Position numbers and translations under genes: made by a program. The notes under the pieces are model-generated. The model saw only the letters and a program-made list of their open reading frames with translations, made no database searches and was not told the origin of the DNA. A stretch of 64,000 nucleotides of DNA from the human T2T-CHM13v2.0 reference genome, Homo sapiens. This document shows, piece by piece, positions 37,094 to 62,219 of this stretch. Location of the stretch: NCBI RefSeq assembly GCF_009914755.1, contig NC_060925.1; one strand, 5' to 3'. Within the stretch, counting starts at the first letter, position 1; each line of letters opens with the position of its first letter.

Positions 37094-37659
37094 TCACGGC
37101 TTCAGGGTGTGTTTCCCAGCCTAGCGGTAGTGCCTCACCTGGGAGCTCATTGGAAATGCAGACAGGAGACTTGTGGGCATCAAGAGACACCACAGGCCAT
37201 CTAATGACATCACTATGTCTCTAAAACAGGCTTCTGCAAGCCACTACAACAAGTGGAAGTTTACCTGGGCCGATCAGTTAAGAGTCACTCTCCATTTACT
37301 TTTATTTAACTCTTTAGTATCCCACCAGATTTATCTTATATCCAATGGTATGTATTTTTAAGAACCCAAGAGAAAAAAGAAATATCTCAAAGTGCCCTAT
37401 TTACTAAAGAGCCCAAGGAGTCTCTTTACCCAGCAGCAGCCACAGCAACCACAGCAACAAACAGCATTAGCATCCAGTAAGGTCATAGTGTTTGCCACCA
37501 TTGTGGCAAGAGATTTATCACAATTAAATGATCACTGGCAGTGTAGAACTGGGTACTAGAAAAAACAGAAATCCCTCTCACCTGGTATATGTTCTGAAAG
37601 CAGAATTAAGAAGTATTGACTTCAGATGCACAAAGGTGAATCTTAGTCACTAGACGACC

Positions 37660-38472
37660 CAGAATAGCTTTTATCAAAAACATGAAAGGTAAGTGTTTCC
37701 AAGAATATGGAGAAAAGGGGACCCAGCCCACTGTTTGTGGGAATGTAAATTTGTACAACCATTTTGAAAAACAGTGTGGAGGTTCCTCAAAAAATAAATA
37801 TAGAATTACCATAAAATCCAGCAATTCAACTTCTGAGTACATATCCAAAGAAATCAAAATCAGTGCATCAAAGAGATATACGCACTCCCATGTTTGTTGC
37901 AGCATTATTCACAATAGCCAAGACATAGAAGCAACCTAAATGTCCATCAGCATATAAACAGACACAGAAAATGTGGTATATATACACAGTGGAATACCAG
38001 AGAGCCTTGAAGAAGAAGGAAATCTTATTTACAACATGGATGAACCTGAAGGACATAGGCTAAGTGAAGTGAGTCAGGTACAGAAAGACAGATACCGTAT
38101 AATCTCACTTATATGTGGAATCTAAAAAAGTTGAATTCATAGACACAGAGAGTAGAATGGTGGTTACCAGAGGCTGTGGTGCAGGGATAGAGAAAGCAGA
38201 GATGTTGGTCAAAGGATACAAAGTTTCAGTTACACAAAAAGAGTAAGTTTTAGAGATCTGTTGTGCAGCATGACGACCTTGGTTAATAATAAGGTTTTAT
38301 ATATTTCAAAATCGCTAAAAGAGTAGATTTCAAATGTTCTTGCCACACAAAAAAGGTAGGCTAGGTGATGGATATGTTAGTTAGCTTGATTTTAATCTTT
38401 CTACATGTATACATATATAAAAACATCACATTTTACCCTTATAAATATATAATCATTATTTGTCAATTTAAA
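37660..38472 (+). mobile_element. L1MA-like 3' fragment (degenerate ORF2 end and 3' UTR)
   Basis: tgtttgtgggaatgtaaatttgtacaacc...cagtgtggaggttcctcaaaaaa ... catgtttgttgcagcattattcacaatagccaaga. Confidence 0.9.
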
Positions 38473-39250
38473 AAGTTTTAAAGGTATTCCAGCTTCCTCC
38501 TGCATATGTTAATGAGTAATGACATAATTGAACAAGCACTTTAATTGGCAGCAGTACTATTACCTTCCTAATTTTGACACATCAGATAGTGGCCAGTGCT
38601 AAGGACATGAGAGACAATTATTTCTCAATAGAGTGCCACTATTTAGTTTATCAACAAAAACAATTTCTGAGCACTTATCTGCACAAGGTGGAATAAATAT
38701 TCCATTCCACAAGTTAAATCTAGTTCCTCCTTAGCTTTTCTAAGAGCCTGTGATTTGTTTTAGATCACCAACTCTTAAGTCCTTTCAAATAAAGCCATTT
38801 TCATTTTTTGTTAAGAATGAGACCAGGGCATATAATAATGTCAAGGTAACAGTTTTTCTGGCAGGAGCTTGTTCCTGATTATCGCCTCTGCACTCCGGAA
38901 TGAAGGATCTCACAGACTTATGAGGGGACATTAGCTTAAATAGGAAGAGAACAATAAAGAGGATCAGGGATTTGAGTACAAGGTGATAAAGCCTAGAAAC
39001 AGATGGCTTGATGAAGAATGTTAAATAGGGTTAAAGATACTGATCTGCATGCTATTTTTAGTGTCCTTCTCAAAAACTGGAGAAATTAATATTTTAGGAG
39101 TTTAGCCTAAGATATACAACAAGAATTATAAATATATAAATACAGATATTGGAGAACAAATGCCTCAATAAATAGAACTAATAGCAGCTGCCATTTTAGA
39201 ATGTGGTATATGTGTAGCACATGGAAAGCTAAAGAATTGATGGTTTCTCA

Positions 39251-41470
<2,220 letters not shown>

Positions 41471-41826
41471 TATTTATATTTAGAATTTATATAAATTGTA
41501 GAAATACTTAGAAATTAAATTTCTAAACAGTTAAAGCTATACTATATTCATAATCAGTGGAAGCCATTAATCATGTGATGTGTTCCTGCTAAATAGTCTC
41601 CAACTTTCAGCCTTCAGATAACGTAAATCAAAGGTATTACATTGTATTGTACTGTGTTGTGTTCTGTTGTGTTGTATTGGGCTGTATTATATCAGGTGAT
41701 TCTGAACAATCACCTACCGAACCTAGCACCTGTTAACTAGGCTCTAGGGATATAAGATTATAGCACTATCTCTAACTTCAAGGTCCTCATCTTCTATAGG
41801 GAATACAGAGAGGTAATAAATAATTA

Positions 41827-42205
<379 letters not shown>

Positions 42206-42954
42206 CTAACTTCATCTGCCAAAGAAGATTTCTTATAATAATCTGCTAGTGTCCTTTAGTGCTAAAAGGATAACTGCTAAAAAAAAAAAGTGTATTTTCT
42301 TAAAATTCCAAATTGGAAATATTTCTTTTCTTTATTATTTCCCTATGAAATAATTAAATTCTATTCTATTTTATCCTGAGAGATTTTAAGTAGAATAATT
42401 AAAAAACTGACTAATTTGGTGAGTTCAAAATATTGAGATGATTAATTAGTCAAGACCATATGAATTTCTCAGACATTTTTAATACAAGGAAAAAATACAA
42501 TTAAAAAAGCTTTCTGAAGTATCCAAAATAACATATCACTATCTGAATCACAAAACCATAATTTTAGGCTGAATTCCCTTAAATAGGAAAATTAACTTTT
42601 TAGATAGTAGGTGGTATTCAATAATACTTATGTTTTCACTAGATCATCTGTACATAACTATTTTTCTCAAAAGAGTTATTTATTTAAATCAAACAGGTTT
42701 GACAAGGCTCTAGGATGCAGTTGTCAATAGTATCCTTAACACAACAGATACCATGAAACCAAACACATAGAGCCAAGCAAGCATTAACAAGTTCTGTAGA
42801 GCCCAGCTCAAGCTAAAGTGATCATTGGATTCAATACAATCAAGATCATTTGGCCTAATAAAAGGTTCGGGATTCTCAAGAGAACCTGGGCAAAGCCAAA
42901 TTAAGAGAAAAGGCAATGTGAAAGAAAAATTAAACACTTCACTGTGGGTTTTTT

Positions 42955-43592
<638 letters not shown>

Positions 43593-44369
43593 TGAACTGT
43601 ACTGTTTTTATGAATTACAATTATATATTAATAATCTCTAGTATCGGCTATATTCAATAAATATACTAGAAAAATAGTTGAATTGATGGTGAGTTAGGAA
43701 ATTCAGTTTTGTTTCCAAATCTCAAAAGATACCAGAGAGAATATATTTATCTATACAGTTAATTAGATGAATAATTTTTGTCAAAATTGTTATAAGTTTA
43801 ATAGGAAAGTTTCAGTGATAAAACAACAACCCCTACTGTGGTATGTTGACAGAAGGACCCATCCACCCACAAACTGTTGCTTGATTAAACCCATTGTCCA
43901 GGGTTCTGATATCAGCAGGCTATGGAACACCAACAATTCTATCTATATTTGAATTGTGATTCAAGCGAGGTCATTCTTGATACTTAGAAGACTTATGTTT
44001 GGCACATAAGTAACTATAGTAAGTAACTGCATTTATGACCCTATTGCTTAAGGATGCTTTAGATTTGTAGAAGCAATAGCTCAAGAATGAACTTACTGGA
44101 GGGTCCAAGAGAAGTTTCAACAATTTAGCCCAAAGAAAGCTCAAGGAAAGCGTTTATTTGCCACTGTCTCCAGTAGAGGTTGTTCATTCTCTCAGAGTCC
44201 ACAGTCTCCAGGACAAGCAATTTGGTGGCTGCATTCTCTTGGCTTCCCATTTTTCATATAAGAAACAGAGGATCCAAAATATTTCAGTAACTCACCCTAG
44301 GTCATATAGCAGGGAAGTTGCAATGGGTTCTCCAAAGATGCTGTCGTCTCTGAAATCTTAAAAGTCCAG

Positions 44370-45330
44370 TAATCCACAACCTATACAAATCTCCTATCCC
44401 TCCATCTGTTTACCCCTCATACTCTCCACACCCCTCTTTTAGCACCACAGCCAGCTCAAGTTCTAGATATCTTCATTTTCTCTGAGTCTATCTAGGAGAG
44501 CCCAGGTCCCATAGTCAAACTGTTCATGCACTGGTTCTCTCTTGTCCTTACATACATAATTCATGAACTCCTAATGTTGGATCAGTCAAACTGATTTCTC
44601 TGCTACTGCATTCTAAGTACAGCTGGGGAAAATTACACCTGTGGATTGATAACAATACAAATTTTTAAATATCAAATTTAAGTTAGAAAACGCTTCTCTC
44701 ATTCCTTCAGTCACGATTCTAAACTTTAACCACCATCTTCCTTTATGACCATCACCTTGCTCCTTCTCAAAAGATGACCTAATCTCCCAGTTCACTTAGA
44801 AAATTGAGGCCTTGGTGTGGATGGGAAGGAATTTCCTTACCCTCCAGGCCCTACATTTATAAGGCTGTTTACAGCTGAATCTATCCTTACCTCACACAAG
44901 TTTCTGAACAAAAACCCTTCCCTCTAGCGTAGAGGAAATGCCCCTTCGAAATGCCCCTTCTGTTCAAGGTTAACATTCCCCGTTATTGTTCATAGTTTTA
45001 TCCCCTTCTGCTTCCTCAGGGAATTTGTGCCACTAATGTTTCATTTATCTTCTATATTTTCCATTTCTCTTTCTCTCCTGGATTCCTCCCTACAGCCCAC
45101 AGCACCCTCATTTTAAAACAAATAAAGCAAAAGTCAGCTTCATAAAACATTCGTTGGAACCTGTGTCTCCTTTAAACTGCTGAGCTTCCTCACAAATGAG
45201 CTTCTTGAAATGTACACCAAATCTCTCCTCTCTACTTCCTCAACTCCCATTTGCTCTTCAAACCACTTGAATTGGGCTTCCATTTCCACCAGTTCACTGA
45301 AACTGTTCTAGCAAATGTCTGTAGCAGCTG
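44370..45330. mobile_element. Old L2 fragment
   Basis: Pyrimidine-rich L2-like motifs (cttccatttccaccagttcactgaaactgttct). Confidence 0.55.
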
Positions 45331-45427
45331 TACTTGTCACCCTTTCATGATTACTATTGTTTACCTATGTGTTCTGTTTTGTCATTGAATATAGCTTTGA
45401 ATTTTTGTCTGTGCAGTTACTGCACAG

Positions 45428-45629
45428 TTTTTCTTGTTTTTGTTTTTTGAGAGACTTTTGCTCTTGTCACCCAGGCCCGCCACCACACTGGCTAATTTTG
45501 TATTTTTAGTAGAGACAGGGTTTCACCATGTTGGCTGGGCTGGGTCCTCGAACTCCTGACCTCAGGTGATTCACCTGCCTTGGCCTCTCAAAGTATTGGG
45601 ATTACAGGCATGAGCCATGGCACCTGGCC
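45428..45629 (-). mobile_element. Alu with most of the right arm deleted
   Basis: tgtcacccaggc joins directly to ccgccaccac. Confidence 0.85.
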
Positions 45630-46194
45630 TCTATTTTTTATTTTTATTTTTATCCCCTTATCTGATTTTTCATTGTATTCTTGATTGTGCCCAGCAAGAA
45701 GAAATCTAACGAACATTTGTTAAATAAATTAAAGAAAAATTTAAGTAACATGAAAGAGCACGATGCCACCATATTTTAGATGAGGCACAAGGCTAGGCCT
45801 AAACAAAACTTTTCTCTGGTGACAACTACCTGCATTATACTCCTCATTAACCTCATCTTGCTGTTTCTGGCTCAGTGCTCTTCTGCTGTCCCACAGAGCC
45901 TGTTACTTTCCCTTCTACTGCCATAAAATTTACCTGTCCTATTTTTTATTTCCTCAGGGTCTAAGATTTCAGCCAGCAAGTCAGACAAACTAATTTTCAT
46001 TAATAGAGAACAGTAATTGGAGAAGCCAAAAGAAGCACATGCCTAGGCAATAAATGTGCATTTTTAATAAAACGCTGTGCTTTTTCTAATTATAAAATAC
46101 ATTTTTATTATTGAAAAAATTTTAAGCACCAAAATATAGAAAATAAAAAGCACACACACACAAAAATCAGACAAGTCATAACATTTTGGTTTTA

Positions 46195-46440
46195 ATATAG
46201 CATAGTAGTTAAGAGCCCAGACTCTGCTGCCTAAGCTTGAATCCCAGCTCTACCACCTTCCAGCTCTTTGACCTTGGGCAAGTGACTTAACCTGTCTATG
46301 TCTCAGCTTTATCATCTGTAAAGCAGAGATAGTGATAGTACCTATTATTGCTATGAGAATTAAATGAGCTAACATATGTGAAGTGCTTAAAACACTCTCT
46401 GGCACATAATAAGGTCTATGTTAAGTATTTGCTATTATTG
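46195..46440. mobile_element. MIR
   Basis: gtagttaagagc...ttgaatcccagctctacc...tgaccttgggcaagtgacttaacc...catctgtaaa. Confidence 0.85.
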
Positions 46441-46552
46441 TTTTGGCAAATATCCTTCCAGATAGATAAGACAGACCAACAGAGAAGAGATATAACTATA
46501 AACACACATACTTTAAAAAGTATTGGAACCATTCTTTACCTATGTTTTCTTA

Positions 46553-47275
<723 letters not shown>

Positions 47276-47324
47276 AGTATACCATGAGTATCTTCCCACA
47301 TTTTAAAATTCTTCAACAGTAGAT

Positions 47325-47520
47325 GTTTCAAACTGGTAAACCTGTGGATAGAATTTAATCGTGTCTTGGCCAAAACAGTATTCTTTTATAATGTAAATTA
47401 ATGCCTCCACGTGGAATATAAACTCTCCAGTTCACCACCGTCCTCACCAATCCCTAGTGTCTTCACACATATACTTTACTTGCTAAACAACTGAAGGCAT
47501 TTGAGTTTTTAACCCCCAAC
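47325..47520. mobile_element. MER102-like DNA transposon fragment inside an old L1M
   Basis: ctccagttcaccaccgtcctcaccaatccctagtgtcttcacac. Confidence 0.5.
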
Positions 47521-48278
47521 ATAATTTTTAGTAACTGCATATTATCTTATTACATGACTAGGACATTCTGTAATTACTCAGTTTCCATTGTTAGACATTT
47601 AACTTTTTTTTGACCCACTATTATAAATAATGCTGGGAAGAACATCTATAAATCTTTGTTATACTTATTTTCTACATCTCTTTTCCTAAAAATAAAAATG
47701 CTGGGTCAAAGTCTGAATGCGTTTAAGACCTTTAATATGTATTGCTCAATTACCTTATAAAAAAATTGTACTACTGTACATTTCTACCAGCCCACTTTTC
47801 TGAAGTTATTGATATCTGTATTATCACTTTTAAAACTTTTGCCCAAAAAATCTAATAATAAAATAATATACATCTTTTAAATATGGCCTTTTGAGGACAA
47901 AATATTCTTCCCTCCAGCCTCCCAAACTCATTCTTTTCCCTGCTGCCCAGACAACTAAGTGAAATAGTTGGAGGAAGGCAATAATCCTAACTATAGCCAT
48001 CAATATTATCCTTAACATCAACACTTCAATATTATCCAGTGTCTTTATGTCACAAAGAACTTGCCAGTGGTAAAAAAGAGGAGTTAAAATATAGGATATT
48101 TTTAGTCTCTGCTAATCTCTACCATGTAGTGTTAACAGTAACAGTAGTTATCATCTACTGCTCATTTTACTATGTTTAAGCACCGTAGCAAGCATTTTGC
48201 CTTCATTCATCCTCACAACAATACATACTAATATTATGACATATTATCAATATTAGTATGTACTATACATATTAATAA

Positions 48279-49714
<1,436 letters not shown>

Positions 49715-50492
49715 TTAGAGTACTAATACAGTACACTGCATAACTGATTTTAACAGCTTTTTTCATAAGACCAACACTTGACAGCTTCCCAATACTTAAA
49801 TATTTTCTGATTAGTGATATATTGGTAATACAGTAATCCAATCCAGAGCTAGGCTTGGGAGAAATTGAGCCCAAGAAACGAGTGGTCATAACAGCAGGGG
49901 AGAAAAAGGCAGCCTGAGTCCGGGAGGCCTAAGCCTCAGAGACAGAGAGGGGAACACAGGGTTCAGGTATGGGTGGCATGGATGCCCTCACTGACAAAAT
50001 ACAGTGCTATTTAGAGCATCTAATGTCCTCTAACACAGAACCATCAGCTGCCTGGGTTCCAGTCTCTAGAAAAGAGAAAAACAATATGCCAACCACAACC
50101 CTAATGCAAGGGTTACCATATGTATATGTTTCTATTGTCTTCCTTAGGCTTACGTCATTTTTACAGTTGCAATAATAGTAGGTACTCAGTTAATATTAGC
50201 ATTGTGTGCCAAGAACAGTGCTAGGTAGGGGGATAATCCTTATTTTCACACCAAACCTGCAGAGTAGCTAACAATATCCTCATGGGACAGATAAGGACAC
50301 TGATGCCCAGAGAGTCAAGCCACACAACTGGTGAGGGGATAAAGTTAAGATTGGGACCCTAGTTGCTTTGGGTTCAAAGTCAGTATCTTTTAATGACATC
50401 ACAACTGCCTCTCCCATAAAATATCTTTGCCTGCTACTTACGCATACATTGCTTTTTGGTGAGACTTTATCATGTTACTATGTGGTCTTCAC

Positions 50493-51114
50493 CATTGTAA
50501 CTGTTTTTTTTTTTTTTTTGAGACATTCTCTGTCTGCCGTCCAGGCTGGAGTGCAATGGTGCAAACTCGGCTCACTGAACCTCCCCTTCCCGGGCTCAAG
50601 CGATCTTCCCCCCTCAGCCTTCCAATTAACTGGGACCACAGGCACGTGCCACCACACCTGGTTAATTTTTGTATTTTTTTGTAGAGATGGGGTATTGCCA
50701 TGTTGCCCAGGCTGGTCTTGAACTCCTGGGCTGAAGCAATCCTCCCACCTGGGCATCCCAAAGTGCTGGGATTACTGGCAAGAGCCACCGTGCCCAGTTC
50801 ATTGTAACTTTTTTTTTTTTTTTTTGAGACAGAGCCTTGCTCTGTTGCCCAGGCTGGAGTGCAGTGGCGCGAGCTCGGCTGACTGCAACGTCCACCTCCC
50901 TGCTCAAGTGATCCTCCTGCCTCAGCCTCTCAAGTAGCTGGGATTACAGGCATGTGCCACCACACTCAACTAATTTTTGTATTTTTGGTAGAGATGGGGT
51001 TTTGTCATGTTGGCCAGGCTGGTCTGAAACTCCTGGCCTCAAGTGATCACCCACCTCAGCTTCCCAAAGTGCTGGGATTACAGGCTGAGCCACCACACTT
51101 GGCCCATTGTAACT
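50493..51114 (-). mobile_element. Two tandem Alus (50504-50797 AluJ-like, 50810-51104 AluS-like) sharing one target site
   Basis: cattgtaact occurs at 50493, 50800 and 51105. Confidence 0.92.
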
Positions 51115-52072
51115 TTTTTGAAGTTCAGCATTCCAAGGAGTGAAGCTATCATTATTATGTGATCAACCATTTTTCCGTTGCTGAAATTTTTATGATCATA
51201 AATAAAGCTACAGTGAATATGAAAAATTTGTTTTAATAGAATGATCCACAAAGGAGCGGATCTAGAAATAAACATCATGAAATTAAGAAAATTAAGATAC
51301 ACTTTAAGACCATTTCCATATTGATTAAAATCATTAGTTTTTCTTACTTAATAAAAAAATCTTTGTCCCACAACAGCTTAATAACAACAACACATACACA
51401 CACACAAAATTGAATAATGTGAGCTCATGTATGTCATTAACTCATTCTTAGAATTGAATTATTCATCTAGTAAGATCTAAATGGAAGCAATGTATAAACA
51501 CTCAGCTGTCTAACCCTTTTAAAATAATGGTAAACTGCTCTTTTACTGCTCCTATTCATCCTATAGACAAAAACTACAACTGTTAATTTTTAAATATGGC
51601 ATGTCCTTTATTTAGGGCAATTTTCAAGCATATACGAGAAAATAAGAGCTAGCAAAAATTAGATCAGATACAGTCCGGTCAACTCAGCATTCTATCTAAT
51701 GGAAGTGATGCTGAAGATCAATTCCTAAGAAAGCATGCTGGCTGTCCTTGATAGGAGAGATCACAAAATGTTCAAGAAGCCGCACAAAATACACTCTTTT
51801 TTTTTTTTTTAAGTAAAAGCTTATTGCCCATTCCTTAATCTGAAGAAAAGGACTATTTATAGATAGTGAATCAAATACAAGCATTTGCCTTGTATAAACC
51901 CCACTAAAATGGCAGTAAAGGCATACAGCTCCAAGAACAAAGAGAATGGGAGAAAAGATACACGACATTTTGAAAGTTGGCTAATAAGTATCTATTTTGG
52001 CAGATGATACCTTATATAAATTTCAAGCCTCTTCATATATTTTCCTTTTTTATTAAAAATTGCTAATTATGA

Positions 52073-57132
<5,060 letters not shown>

Positions 57133-57589
57133 TAGTCCTCCACTTTAGGGCTGAGACTCCCAAGACTGGCCCCATCCACTGGGCTAATGAGCAGCATGCC
57201 CTCATTTCACCCTGCTCCTTCTTGTAAGAGTCATTTTACACATTTGTCTTTCCCACTTAGCTGAGGCCCTAAGGTAAGGAATTTAGAGATCTTTCCCACC
57301 ACTAAGGCCCTAAGGTAAGGAATTCAGAATGTATCTCTGAATACATTCAGAAATGTAAGAAACTCAGTTTTAAAGCAGAAAAATTATATATCACTATGTC
57401 TATATAGTAGTTATAGCCAATGTCCCTAAACAGAAAATTGTCCAATGGTGCAAAGGAATTAGTAAGAATATCTATAATTTCTAGATCCACATTTCAAATC
57501 TCATATTAAAATAGATAACATTATTTGTTTTTAAACTAAATTCTTCATATAAAATACATTCAGAAATGTATTCAGAGATACATTTCCAA

Positions 57590-57780
57590 CAATGATTCTC
57601 AAAGCAAAGTCCAGAGACCTTTGCACCAGCATCGCCAGTGGTACTATTATAAGTATATATACTGAGCCCCATCTCAGATCTATTAAGTCAGAATCTCTAG
57701 GGGGAGGGCTCAGGAATCTCCATTTTTAACAAGCACCCGCAAGATGAGTTTATTCTAGCACGCTGAAGTTTGACAACTAT
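57590..57780. mobile_element. MER5-like hAT-Charlie element
   Basis: caatgattctcaaag ... tcagaatctctaggggg...caggaatctccatttttaacaagc ... aagtttgacaactatt. Confidence 0.8.
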
Positions 57781-57819
57781 TTCTCTAAGTGATACCCTGA
57801 TAAGCTTCAGTTAAGTACA

Positions 57820-58240
57820 GAGCAGGTCAACTAGGTAAAAAGGTGTTAGGACCCGTGTCATATAAAGAATTTTAAAGGAACGTAGGATATTTAGTACTAA
57901 AAACAAACATAAAAAAGAATTGGTTGGCAGAACATGAGAGATGCCACTTATGTGAAAAATACTTTAGATTTATTCCATACAGTTTTTGGAGGGTAAGTTC
58001 AAAGGGTAGAAATTAGAAGGAGATAGATTTCCGCTTTAATGTAAGGAAAAGATTTCCAACAATTTGAGCTCTTCAAAAATGGAATAGACTTATTGTGAAT
58101 TCGTGAGTTCACCCCTATTTGGACATAGTCAAGCAGATGATGAATGACTTTATGCCAGAGATGTTGAAGAGGGACTTTTACATCAAACTAGTTGATCGCT
58201 ACATTCCCTTGCAACTCAGGATTCTTAAGATTCTCTAATT
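57820..58240 (+). mobile_element. CR1/L3-like 3' remnant
   Basis: agatagatttccgctttaatgtaaggaaaagatttccaacaat...aaaatggaatagac...gtgagttc. Confidence 0.55.
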
Positions 58241-58373
58241 TTAGGAATATGAGTTCAATATGGGTTATAATTATTATAACATTTTTCAGGTGATACTAGA
58301 AGCCCATTTCCTCATAGTCAAGGATGTAGACACATTTAGTGATTTCACACAATGTATATAAAAACAAGCCTGA

Positions 58374-59310
<937 letters not shown>

Positions 59311-59647
59311 TTATAGTCTGTCTATAAAATAAACACATCTACTCCTTCCAACTTCATAAGGGTGAAAAATAAGAGTTTAAAATATGAAGCAGAAACAAGA
59401 TGTATTAGTTACCTGTGAAAATAGCTCTCTGATTGTGTGCCTTTAAATTGGCAGGGGAAAAAAAAGAAACTCAGTTTTAAAACAGAAAACTTATATATCA
59501 CTATGTCTATATACTTGTTATAGCCAACGTCCCTAAACAGAAAATTGTTCAGTGGTGCAAGGGAATTAGTAATAATACCAATAATTATTAGATTCAGATT
59601 TCAAATCCCATATGAAAATAAACAATATTATTTGTTCTTAAACTAAA

Positions 59648-59948
59648 ATTTTTTTTTTTTTTTGAGATGGAATCTTGCTCTGTCACCCAGGCTAGAGTGC
59701 AGTGGCATGATCTCACCTCACTACAACCCCCGCCTTCCAGGTTCAAGCAATTGTCATGCCTCAGCCTCCCAAGTAGCTGAGATTACAGGTGTGTGCCACC
59801 GTGACCGGCTACTTTTTTTGTATTTTTAGTAGAAATAGGGTTTCACCATGTTGGCCACACTGGTCTCGAACTCCTGACCTCTAGTGATCTGTCCAACTCA
59901 GCTTCCCAAAATGCTGAGATTACAGGTGTGAGCCACCGTGTCCAGCCA
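59648..59948 (-). mobile_element. Full-length AluS directly downstream of, and co-oriented with, the tRNA-Ala copy
   Basis: Minus strand starts ggctggacacggtggctcacacc 11 nt after the tRNA 3' end. Confidence 0.93.
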
Positions 59949-59959
59949 GAAAACCTTTG

Positions 59960-60030
59960 TGGAGGTGCTGGGGATTGACCCAGGGCCTCATGCATGCTAA
60001 GCGTGCGCCCTACCACTGATCTACACCCCC
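59960..60030 (-). tRNA. Degenerate tRNA-Ala (anticodon AGC), probably a pseudogene
   Basis: Reverse complement GGGGGTGTAGATCAGTGGTAGGGCGCACGCTTAGCATGCATGAGGCCCTGGGTCAATCCCCAGCACCTCCA. Intact 7-bp acceptor stem with G3:U70, intact T stem and anticodon loop TTAGCAT; but the D stem is mismatched, the anticodon stem has a C:A mismatch, and the T loop/B box lacks one T. Confidence 0.9.
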
Positions 60031-60779
60031 TTTAATTCTTAACATCAGAAATATTATTCAACAGACACATATCAGAGTTGAGGGAAATTATTGGAAAATT
60101 GAGACCAAAAAAAGCATACAGAAAGTTAATTTATTTTCTAGACAGAACTCTGCTAGTATTAGAATCAAATACTTTTAATTAGATAGTAATTTACTTGCTT
60201 TCTTGTAACTTATGGCCATCTTCTCTAGTCTGTTTGTTACAGTCCTACACATATTAAATAGCAAAAACAAACTAATTATATATTTTGCATGATCAGTATG
60301 TTACAACATTAAGATCAGACTAATAATACAAGTCACCTACTCCATTGCCAATTTTTATACTCCCTGCAATCTTACAGCACATCCTCATATGAACAAAAAG
60401 GCTTTATATTTATCTTACAGAGGATATAAACATCAATTTATAAAAAAGAGACACAAGCCTTATATAGTTAAAAGTAATATAATTAACATGATTACAAAAA
60501 CATTTCTAATAAAGCAGAGGAAATAATTATATTGCTTGTAGTTCTAGTAAGAGTTTATTGAACCATTAAAAATAATTTCAAAACAATAAAATACAAAGGC
60601 AAATATCCAAATAGTTTTGTATGGATCTAGCATTCACTTTTCCTTGATCCAACCTAGTTTTAATTCCTATGGCCTACAGGATGGCTTAGATAAGGAAGAA
60701 GCTAAAAATTGGCTGTTACAGAGTTGCAGTTGTGTGGCATATGGGTGATCTACGTAACTGAAGTTGAAGGGAGAAATGC

Positions 60780-62115
<1,336 letters not shown>

Positions 62116-62219
62116 ATGAACATCCTCTATAAATCCTCTAGTAACCAGTGTCGAGAACTACATGCCTATGTAGGTGACCCAAACACTTCCTCTAAGAACT
62201 GTATAGAAAAATAATTTCA

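Noticed and set aside
37606-38056. ORFs resembling the L1 ORF2 C-terminus
   Set aside because: Fragmented, frameshifted remnant of an old L1MA; not a functional CDS.
51660-51968. Unique-looking stretch with a 90-aa minus-strand ORF, considered as a processed pseudogene or exon
   Set aside because: No recognisable protein in the frames I read; the ORF runs through a poly-T tract; no TSD or polyA structure.
59960-60030. Functional tRNA gene
   Set aside because: The B box/T loop has a 1-nt deletion and the D and anticodon stems are mismatched; kept only as a degenerate copy.
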